A stretch of DNA of 64,000 nucleotides. It comes from a virus. This document shows, one piece after another, positions 1 through 7,644 of the stretch (the first letter of the stretch is position 1; each line of letters opens with the position of its first letter). The translations under genes and the position numbers were made by a program. The stretch spans positions 25,511 through 89,510 of IMG/VR virus record IMGVR_UViG_3300021963_000077. One strand, given 5' to 3'. The notes beneath the pieces were generated by a model. It was not told the origin of the DNA. It saw only the letters and a program-made list of their open reading frames with translations, and made no database searches.

Positions 1-576
1 GTGTACTCGGTCTTTATCGCCATTGTTTTCTACACTGTGATATCTATTAGTATTGTCTATAATCCAAATCTGACCTGCTTCTAGATTCAGGGATTCTTCT
101 CCTACGCTGAATATACAAAACGGGTTTGTTATCACCGGTATATGTATGCGGTGCGTTTTGGCCGTCAACTGGCCCTTGTCCCTGTGTCTCGGTATAACGG
201 TATGGGCTTTAAGTCGAGTGAGCATTGCTTGTTGTACTTTTACTTCACCAATGTGTTGCCTTGCAAAAAGGACAACCTCGTTTGTGTATGCACTAAACCG
301 CTCATAGTTTTCGTGCAAAATGCCTGAGTTAAGCCGATGCTTTAAGTCGTACATCAAGGGAATTGTGTCGGAGTTATATGATGCTGCTCCTCCCGTCTTT
401 TTGCGGTCTTTATATTTAGACCAGTCTTCTTGCGTTAGGGAAAGGACTTCTTTAAGTAGATCATCAAACGATGGCATATATCCCAAGAATAAAAATGCTT
501 CATTTTTTTCATACTCAACCCTACCCAGAGTGTTTGTGCAACTTTTTATTCCCTTTTTCGGGCTCGTTTGCTTCAC
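1..576 (-). CDS. 2OG-Fe(II) oxygenase, Asp/Asn beta-hydroxylase-like (partial, runs off left edge; start uncertain: GTG 576 or ATG 477)
   Basis: Not in the ORF track; translated by hand: ...AMLTRLKAHTVIPRHRDKG...THRIHIPVITNP...GQIWIIDNTNRYHSVENNGDKDRVH. Shows HxD...H iron ligands and the RxHxP and HxVxNxG...R motifs. Confidence 0.75.
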   Translation of the reverse strand, partial: MKQTSPKKGIKSCTNTLGRVEYEKNEAFLFLGYMPSFDDLLKEVLSLTQEDWSKYKDRKKTGGAASYNSDTIPLMYDLKHRLNSGILHENYERFSAYTNEVVLFARQHIGEVKVQQAMLTRLKAHTVIPRHRDKGQLTAKTHRIHIPVITNPFCIFSVGEESLNLEAGQIWIIDNTNRYHSVENNGDKDRVH

Positions 577-589
577 TAGTTAATCTTTT

Positions 590-1042
590 TTAGCTGCGCT
601 TTTTATTCTGTTTATTGCTCGTTATAGGTCCACCGGCTACCCACGCCCTGCATGTTCTTTGAGCGGCACACTTGAAGTCAAATGCTTCGCAATAACCCAA
701 TTCCCCTGCGGAATCAATCGCACCCCATTCATCCGCACGTTCACCACGAGTTACGCCAGTCTTGATGCACGACTTCATTTCAGGAGTAACAATAAACATG
801 ACGCAGTTGCCACATCTTTGCTTCTTTGCGGACGCAATATCTACGTCCCATTCTTTTGCAATGTCTTGCCAGTAATCACTGTTTGATTCTGCTGGATTGA
901 GCGGACCATACATCGCTGTTTTTATTGCGTTCCCTCTATTTTTGAGGTTTACTGCAATATCCTTAGTTGCTTTTGGACAAGAATCTGCTTCTTTAATATC
1001 AAAAGATACTTGCTGATTGAGGATTAGTTCAGTGAATTTCAT
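590..1042 (-). CDS. Cys-rich phage protein with HiPIP-like cysteine spacing
   Basis: ORF 590..1051, likely start ATG 1042 (MKFTEL). Motifs QRCGNCVMF...GYCEAFDFKCAAQRTCRAW. Confidence 0.6.
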   Translation of the reverse strand: MKFTELILNQQVSFDIKEADSCPKATKDIAVNLKNRGNAIKTAMYGPLNPAESNSDYWQDIAKEWDVDIASAKKQRCGNCVMFIVTPEMKSCIKTGVTRGERADEWGAIDSAGELGYCEAFDFKCAAQRTCRAWVAGGPITSNKQNKKRS

Positions 1043-1065
1043 GCTTAACATTATCTCATAAATGC

Positions 1066-1102
1066 AAAAACCCCGCCCACCCCCGAAGGTGTGAGCGGGG
1101 TT
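1066..1102 (-). terminator. Intrinsic terminator after major capsid gene
   Basis: Minus strand AACCCCGCTCACACC-TTCG-GGGTGGGCGGGGTT followed by a T run, just past the MCP stop. Confidence 0.85.
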
Positions 1103-1116
1103 CCGCTTAGTTGTTA

Positions 1117-2421
1117 TTAGGCTTCTGGAGCGGCGTCAAATGTGACGCTGACAAATGCCTCTGGGCGCTTGACTGCGAGAGCCAGTCTCTGTTCTGCGAG
1201 AACAACGATTGCGTTGCGGACGAAGAAGTCTGCATGCTGTTCGCTCACGCGGATAGTTGCCTGCTCGCGGTCATACAGCTGAGCACCGGTGCCGAAGGCG
1301 CCGACGAGAGCTGTACCCTCTGGCATTGCTGGTGTGTCAATGACCGGAATTCTCCACAGCTTCGGCTCGCCACCCATGGCAACCGAAACAGCGATGAGGT
1401 ACTGGCCGTTGAGGTCCTTGGTCAGCTCGATGTCTTCCCAGTCGTTCGGGTTAAGAACGATACCGGTTGGCTCGTAGTAAGCGAGCAACGACAGCGTAGC
1501 TGCACGACGGAGTGCATCTGCCTTTGTGTCTGGTACTGGAGTTGCTGCGCCATCTGACCAGTCGTAGGTCTGGATGCCAGGTGTCTGAAGAACACCCTGC
1601 AGGTTTTCACCAGTGCCGTCACCGTTGAGGATTTGATCATCCTCTTCAAGGCGCAAGCCGTACATGAGCTCGTTGTCAATGATTGAGCGGAGCTGTGGCT
1701 CGTCAGCAAGGACGTTGCGGTGAGCAGCTTCCCAGTGAGCGAGTGTACGTACAGGAGCCTGCTCACCAACGAAGGTGAACGATGACTGTGGCTTAGCAGT
1801 GAATGCTGCACCAGTGCGCTCTGCTACAGGAGCAGCGTTGTTCGTGAAGCCAGTCATGCGGAAGTACTCAATGACAGCAGCTGTCGTGGTACGAGCCGGG
1901 AACAAGTCACGGACGCGACGTGTGCGCATCGGTGGGATGACAATCGGATCACGCTGAATGGTGCCGAATGAGCCAGGTGTGCCGGTTGGAAGCGCTGAGT
2001 AAACATCCTTCACTCCGTAGGAGGTGATGTTTGAAGCGTTCAAAACGAACGGTGCTGGCATGTTTGCGCCATTCTTGCCACCATTGAGTGACTTGAACTC
2101 TGGTGAATCTACGAATGCCTGACCGACAGACGATTTGTGGACTGGTGCAAAAGACTGACCAGCAGCAAAAGCGGCAGCTGCTGAATCGCCAGCTGGCTGC
2201 GTGCCCCACTCGTCAACCTTCTTCATCTGCTCAAGACCCTCGATGAGGCCCTTGATTTCACGGATGTCTGACATGTTGCGGTCAAAGGCTGACTTCTGAT
2301 CAGCATTGACGATAACGGTGCCATCTTCTACACGGAATGAATCGGCAATTTGCTTATTCTCCGCCATTTTTGAACGAAGCGCGCCCTGGAGCTCACTTAG
2401 TCTTGATTCGTCAAAAGACAT
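1117..2421 (-). CDS. Major capsid protein, HK97 fold, with N-terminal coiled-coil delta domain
   Basis: Start moved to ATG 2421 (MSFDESRL) after AAGGGAG SD. Motifs VRDLFP, TLAHW, QILNGDGTG, VLNPNDW, LWRIPV, FVRNAIVVLAEQRLALAVKRPEAF. Confidence 0.95.
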   Translation of the reverse strand: MSFDESRLSELQGALRSKMAENKQIADSFRVEDGTVIVNADQKSAFDRNMSDIREIKGLIEGLEQMKKVDEWGTQPAGDSAAAAFAAGQSFAPVHKSSVGQAFVDSPEFKSLNGGKNGANMPAPFVLNASNITSYGVKDVYSALPTGTPGSFGTIQRDPIVIPPMRTRRVRDLFPARTTTAAVIEYFRMTGFTNNAAPVAERTGAAFTAKPQSSFTFVGEQAPVRTLAHWEAAHRNVLADEPQLRSIIDNELMYGLRLEEDDQILNGDGTGENLQGVLQTPGIQTYDWSDGAATPVPDTKADALRRAATLSLLAYYEPTGIVLNPNDWEDIELTKDLNGQYLIAVSVAMGGEPKLWRIPVIDTPAMPEGTALVGAFGTGAQLYDREQATIRVSEQHADFFVRNAIVVLAEQRLALAVKRPEAFVSVTFDAAPEA

Positions 2422-2472
2422 TTCTTTCTCCCTTGAGAAAAATTTATGGATTGGTATTTTGAGCGACACAGG

Positions 2473-2496
2473 CGGCTTAGGTAAGCACCCAGCCCT
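2473..2496 (-). promoter_or_regulatory. Hairpin in MCP 5' leader, downstream of a TAGATT -10-like hexamer
   Basis: Minus strand GGCT-GGGT-gctt-ACCT-AAGCC. An upstream 7-bp inverted repeat ACAGACT/AGTCTGT lies at ~2516-2535. Confidence 0.35.
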
Positions 2497-2554
2497 TACG
2501 TCAAATAACAATCTAACAGACTTTATATAGTCTGTAGTGAAAGGTAATAGATAT

Positions 2555-2743
2555 TTATGATGGGAATTCTATAATCTGACCAGATTTCTCTGCTTCGTCA
2601 ATCAAAATCAATGCTTCTTTGAGCAATTGACGATTTTTAGGAGTATCTGGTACTTCAACTTCTTCAAGTGTGTCATCAAACATCGCAGCCATCAATATCT
2701 GCTGGTAGGTGTTGAAATCAACTTCTGATTTTTGATCTTTCAT
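2555..2743 (-). CDS. Small acidic protein, candidate partner/antitoxin of the upstream Zeta-like domain
   Basis: 62 aa; ATGA overlap with the stop of 2740..6345. Confidence 0.55.
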   Translation of the reverse strand: MKDQKSEVDFNTYQQILMAAMFDDTLEEVEVPDTPKNRQLLKEALILIDEAEKSGQIIEFPS

Positions 2744-5700
2744 GGTTCCTCACCTATGCGCATTGTGGTATTTAGGTTACTAGTGCTTAGGTACTGTTTT
2801 GTGCGATCATCAAAGATTTCCACAACCCAATTACCATTAGGACTCATGGCCTTGCGTGCTAGTAGCACTGGTTCACCGTCTGAATCATTAGCCCACAGGC
2901 TGAACTCATTAAAGTTACTCATTTCCATAGCCATAATATTTCGGAGATTTGCTTGAATTATGTCTACGTACTCTTCTGGCACTGATCTTCCAGTTTCTTG
3001 CTTTCTATTTCTTATGCGCGATAGCAAAACATCTCTATCACCAACGAAATAGTGCGCTTCAATTTTGTATCCAGCACGAGTCAGTCTGTCTAAAGTTCCT
3101 GGATCGTTGTTGAATTGACCACTTGAGTCAAAGACAACATCAAGCTCTTTTCTGATGGCTTCCTGGATGGTTGCGAATGCAATGTTTTGAGATTCCGTAT
3201 GTGTTGCACCAGCAGCCGATGAGTTGCCTCTTGATATATAGCCGTTGTACTCAGGTATTAATTGTTTCATTTCGTCAATGTCAACATGAGCTGCTTCACG
3301 ACGAGAAGGAATTCTCCCATCAAAACCATTAAGGCGTTGAGTTGTTTTTCCAGAACCTGGGGCGCCCCCAATGATAATCGCACGCTTTCTTAGCGTTGTC
3401 GGGTCGGTGCTATCTCTTTTCTTTGTTACGTAGTCAGTTATGCCACGCATAATTTCACGCCATACATTGTCGTAGCGCGAATCAGTAACTTTTCTTCCTC
3501 CAGCGCCATACTTTCCCATAGTGTGCTGACCACTCTGGTAGTCGCGTTCACTGAAGGTACTAGGCATCCTCTTGTCAATGTCAAGCATTTCATTGAGTTT
3601 GTAAGACGGCTGTGCCTGCATGGATCCAGATGGCCGACGTCCAGATGGTGTAACTATTGAACCCTTTGGAACAGAGCCACCAATTTTGTCTAGATAAGCC
3701 AGCGCGCTAATTTCTACAGGTGTAATTGACGATGTGCGCGTTCTTGCAGTTGACGCCATTGGCTTACTTGAGTAGTTACGCGTAGACATTGCACCAGATA
3801 TAAATCTGCGATACATGGGGTTATCAAGAAGTGCTTGATCTTGTGCTTTTCTAGCCTGAATAGCTTTTCTGTATTCAGTTGGCGACAGTGCCCTAACCGC
3901 ACCATCTGCTCGTTCCTCTGCGCGCTTGCGCATTTCCTCAAGCTTTGTCTTTTCATCTCTTAGTCTGTCAACTTTGGTATCTAGGCCATGGAATAAACCT
4001 CTTGTGCCACTACCAACTTCAGCATACTCATCAAGTTGCTGAATTAACTTCATAAACGTCGGGTTAGTATCTACTGCCCACTGATACATCCTAAAAGCAA
4101 AATCTTCCGACGACTCCCCATCTCCGCGGACTGGTTTTGTCTCGTAGAGCCAAGATCCAAGAACCATTGCCCGTGTGTATGCACGACGCGAAGCTTGATA
4201 TTCAGCCGATGCTTGATTGCGCGCATTTTTTACTCTGTCAAGCTTCCTATTTAGGCGACGGATCTTTTCATCAATTGCCTTTATTGAGCGAGGAACAGTT
4301 GCTCCTAAAGCATCAATCTCGGCATCAATCTCAGCATTTGCCTTGTTCACCTCATATGCATCACGGCGCTTGATCCATGAACGCTCAGCTGCATTTATTG
4401 CACGTTCAACGTCATCCTTGTCCATTCCGGACTCTTGTCCAGCTTTAAGCAAGGCGCTGCGAAGGATGCTACGTGGTGTTGAATACTCATCAGCTAGCTC
4501 TTGCAACCAAACATCTTCAGATGTGAATTGATTCCACAGATCTGCTCGCTTCTGTTGCGATGCCTTTGACCTTCCACTCCACGCATTTCTAAGTTGCTTG
4601 CGTTTTTCTTGGCTTGTAGAAATCTCGTCCGAGATGTCATCCCATGTTCGGTCATCATCGTCAAGGTCGCTATCAATGGCCGCCAACATTTTGTCCCAGT
4701 CAATTGACTCTGGATCCTTTAATTCTGGTGGCTCCGGTGCATATCTGTTTGGCTGATCCTCTATCCACTCACGCTCAACCCATGTTGGATTTGCAAATGG
4801 TGAGTCTTTCCAAATATCGTATGAATTAATTGCGTCATCAAAGAATGATTCATCGTCTTTAGCGGCTTGCTCGACTGATTCAATTAGCTCTTCATAAGCA
4901 CGCTCGTACTCATCCTCAACCAGACGCTCCAAGGCATCGTCCCATGGATCTTGATCGGAGCTTGGTGGAGGCGTTACCGACATTGCTCCAGCTATGCGAC
5001 GCTTAGACATTGACCCACTGACATTTTTGTTTTTTCGTGGTTCGCGTAGGTCTTCATCTTCATACCGAGCTGCAACCGCATCACCAAACGATTGAGCAAC
5101 AAGGGAGCGCAATGAATTCTTATCGTCTTCACTGAGGTCATATATTGCTGCTAGCTTTGAAAAGCTATCAAAGTCTTCAGGAAGATTAAGTTGACCGCTC
5201 TCTGGATCAAGGTATCCAGAACGTAACTCGTTTATTATTGAATAAAGCTTTGATTGTTGTGCTTTTTGTTGCTCTGGACTTAACGCATCTTCACCATCAG
5301 GATTATCAATCCTTCTAAGACTTGCTCGCATTTCGTCAGGCGTAGCGCTCAATATTTCTTTGGGTGACCTAAAACCAAATACTGCCTCCAACCTAGAAGC
5401 AGGAAGACTTTCAAGTTTTTCAGACGATACAAAACCAATGGCTTCAAATTGGCTCTCTATGTTTTTGAGTTTTCTATTGTCGCCTGGTTTACCGCTAAAA
5501 ATTGATGGCTCATCAATATATGGAGAATGCATCCATACTTCACCCTTTTGCGAATGGGTGATTGTAAAGCCTTGATCAATTGCTTCATTAACCCATTTCT
5601 TAAGCTTTGGATCTTGAATACGTTTCATTGCTTGGGCGGTTGTTTCTGGCTGTGGAGTCGTTCGTGTTCCACGACGCAGCTGTGCAATATCTTCAACCCT

Positions 5701-6345
5701 CAGAGCACCAGATATACGGCGAGGCCGTACCGCTGATGGTATTACTCTTGGCGTTGATGGGCGCTCAAATGCAGTTCCCTCTTGCACTAGACCATCTGAA
5801 TCACCATCAACAGCATTTGGATCATATGGTTCAGTATTTCTAGATATACGGCGAAGCTTTCTTCCCAGTGCTTTAGTATCCTGCGTTTGACCAGACTTTG
5901 AAGATTTGCTCTTCCATGGGTGACCTTCAGGCAGCAGGTCCGAATCTCCAACATAACGAAGATTTGTTGGTTTACCCTTATCAAGCATTTTGAGGAATGC
6001 GTTTACGCGTCCGTATGCCCACTGGTTGCGAGACATGCCTGGTCTGTGTGAGCTTGAATAAGCACCAGCGCCGCGCCTAAATACCGCCTTTAGCGTACCA
6101 ACGCTTGCCATGGCGTGACTTGGCCGGCCAAGTTCAGACATCTTCTTGTTGTGGATACGTACTTTTACCTGAAGTGCTCTAACTATGTCTTGTGACAGAT
6201 CTATATCTTTTGCGCTTGACGCAGAAGACGCTGAACCTCTCTGGTTTTTAGAGGATCCAACGATTCGTTCGGATGGTTTTGATGGGGTTGCAGCTAGGCG
6301 GTCTTTTCTAGCCTTGCGCATTTTTTTGTTATTTTCACTCATCAT
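2740..6345 (-). CDS. Modular polyprotein: N-terminal HRPG/WAYGRV domain, DGD cassette, HicA-like domain, C-terminal Zeta-toxin-like P-loop kinase
   Basis: GGAPGSGKTT, HVDIDEMKQLIPEY, VVFDSS, RIRNRKQETGRSVP (Zeta-like). AIDQGFTITHSQKG...PGDNRKLKNIESQFEAIG (HicA-like). Five SG[AS]M-type linkers. Confidence 0.75.
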   Translation of the reverse strand: MMSENNKKMRKARKDRLAATPSKPSERIVGSSKNQRGSASSASSAKDIDLSQDIVRALQVKVRIHNKKMSELGRPSHAMASVGTLKAVFRRGAGAYSSSHRPGMSRNQWAYGRVNAFLKMLDKGKPTNLRYVGDSDLLPEGHPWKSKSSKSGQTQDTKALGRKLRRISRNTEPYDPNAVDGDSDGLVQEGTAFERPSTPRVIPSAVRPRRISGALRVEDIAQLRRGTRTTPQPETTAQAMKRIQDPKLKKWVNEAIDQGFTITHSQKGEVWMHSPYIDEPSIFSGKPGDNRKLKNIESQFEAIGFVSSEKLESLPASRLEAVFGFRSPKEILSATPDEMRASLRRIDNPDGEDALSPEQQKAQQSKLYSIINELRSGYLDPESGQLNLPEDFDSFSKLAAIYDLSEDDKNSLRSLVAQSFGDAVAARYEDEDLREPRKNKNVSGSMSKRRIAGAMSVTPPPSSDQDPWDDALERLVEDEYERAYEELIESVEQAAKDDESFFDDAINSYDIWKDSPFANPTWVEREWIEDQPNRYAPEPPELKDPESIDWDKMLAAIDSDLDDDDRTWDDISDEISTSQEKRKQLRNAWSGRSKASQQKRADLWNQFTSEDVWLQELADEYSTPRSILRSALLKAGQESGMDKDDVERAINAAERSWIKRRDAYEVNKANAEIDAEIDALGATVPRSIKAIDEKIRRLNRKLDRVKNARNQASAEYQASRRAYTRAMVLGSWLYETKPVRGDGESSEDFAFRMYQWAVDTNPTFMKLIQQLDEYAEVGSGTRGLFHGLDTKVDRLRDEKTKLEEMRKRAEERADGAVRALSPTEYRKAIQARKAQDQALLDNPMYRRFISGAMSTRNYSSKPMASTARTRTSSITPVEISALAYLDKIGGSVPKGSIVTPSGRRPSGSMQAQPSYKLNEMLDIDKRMPSTFSERDYQSGQHTMGKYGAGGRKVTDSRYDNVWREIMRGITDYVTKKRDSTDPTTLRKRAIIIGGAPGSGKTTQRLNGFDGRIPSRREAAHVDIDEMKQLIPEYNGYISRGNSSAAGATHTESQNIAFATIQEAIRKELDVVFDSSGQFNNDPGTLDRLTRAGYKIEAHYFVGDRDVLLSRIRNRKQETGRSVPEEYVDIIQANLRNIMAMEMSNFNEFSLWANDSDGEPVLLARKAMSPNGNWVVEIFDDRTKQYLSTSNLNTTMRIGEEP

Positions 6346-7360
6346 TCAGAACCATTCCAATACTGGTAGAAACAAAGCGCCTACCATCGAGCATCCTTGA
6401 CTGAACCTCAATAAATTGAATTACAGAATTGTTTCTTTGAGACTTTTCTAATATAGCAATACCAGCAGACTTACCACGCATCATTCTTGTGACTCGCCTA
6501 GCAATTCTCTCTTCCGTAGCTCTTTCTCTTCGGTTGCGATCCCTCTGTGCTTGAGGTCCAATTCCTCGCCTACGACGATAATCGGATTCATTTGTGCACG
6601 GCATCCAAGCAACGCCACCACTAGTAGTTGAATATCTACGAATACCAATGCACCCGAGCTCGCGCGACCTCTTCAAGGCCGATGTCTGATTATCAAACAC
6701 ATCAGGATCCCCAGGACGGATTATCATAGGAACACCAAGAGAGTCCTTAACGTTGACAACCGTGCGAGTCGGCCATGCTGATTTCTGCGAACCCCTAGAG
6801 CGCCTATTTGGAAGATTGTCCCTCATTGCATCAAGATGTCGGATGCCTTCAACATCTTGTTCCTTTAGCACTCTGAGTACCGTTCTTAACCTCTTTATGC
6901 CTTCTTCGGTGAAGTTCATTGAGAGAGTTTCATCATCCTTTTTTACTGCGCCAGCTTGCTTGATTGCCGCAATTGCGCGCATCAGTGAGCGCCGGCGTTC
7001 TCGAGACTGGGTTTTGGAGTCTCCATACTCAAATTTCGGATCATTTAGAGCATCTTGCAGATACACCATCATGTCCGTGGAAAACTCATTCCATTCTCGC
7101 ATTGATATTCCAGATACATTAAATGTCTCTGGTTTGGCCGGCGAACGCGAATATAAGTCCTCATCAGGCTCACTATCTAGGTCCAAGTCTCCTAGAGCAT
7201 CACTTAGTTGAGGCTTTGGCGGGTTAAATCTACCCCAAGACATTGCTCCAGAAACTCTTGGTTTAGCAGGTCTTTGAAAAGGGGTTGCATCCTGAACTAG
7301 TCCGTCATTGTCACCATCAATGGCGTTTGGATCATATCTTTCAAAAATGCGACGTTTCAT
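6335..7360 (-). CDS. Protein with N-terminal DGD cassette and LGC...WMPC module
   Basis: MKRRIFERYDPNAIDGDNDGLVQDATPFQRP...RVSGAMS; RELGCIG...WMPC. Confidence 0.7.
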   Translation of the reverse strand: MKRRIFERYDPNAIDGDNDGLVQDATPFQRPAKPRVSGAMSWGRFNPPKPQLSDALGDLDLDSEPDEDLYSRSPAKPETFNVSGISMREWNEFSTDMMVYLQDALNDPKFEYGDSKTQSRERRRSLMRAIAAIKQAGAVKKDDETLSMNFTEEGIKRLRTVLRVLKEQDVEGIRHLDAMRDNLPNRRSRGSQKSAWPTRTVVNVKDSLGVPMIIRPGDPDVFDNQTSALKRSRELGCIGIRRYSTTSGGVAWMPCTNESDYRRRRGIGPQAQRDRNRRERATEERIARRVTRMMRGKSAGIAILEKSQRNNSVIQFIEVQSRMLDGRRFVSTSIGMVLNDE

Positions 7361-7644
7361 TGTTTTTTAGCACCGTTTTGTTTGCCCTTATTGTTGTCTG
7401 GTCTTTTGAGTACACCAGCTGCAATAAGAGTGTCAATATAAAGCTTCCCGACTCCAGCAGGCAATGTTGAAGCAATTTGCTGCACATTCATTATACGCAT
7501 TTGCTCTGATTGCGTGTGGTTTGAGTGGCGCGAGCCAGATTCTGGCCAGTTATTTATTTCATCACATTCTGCAATATTTTGGAAAAATAATTCACGTTTT
7601 TGTGGGTCAAACGAGTTAACTATTTTCATAATTTCTGAGTTCAT
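7357..7644 (-). CDS. Small hypothetical protein
   Basis: Start ATG 7644; ATGA overlaps with both neighbours. Confidence 0.6.
   Translation of the reverse strand: MNSEIMKIVNSFDPQKRELFFQNIAECDEINNWPESGSRHSNHTQSEQMRIMNVQQIASTLPAGVGKLYIDTLIAAGVLKRPDNNKGKQNGAKKQ

Noticed and set aside
7355-7372. Possible -1 frameshift at GCT AAA AAA CAA TGA joining 7357..7644 to 6335..7360
   Set aside because: The heptamer is non-canonical and an ordinary ATGA overlap explains expression.
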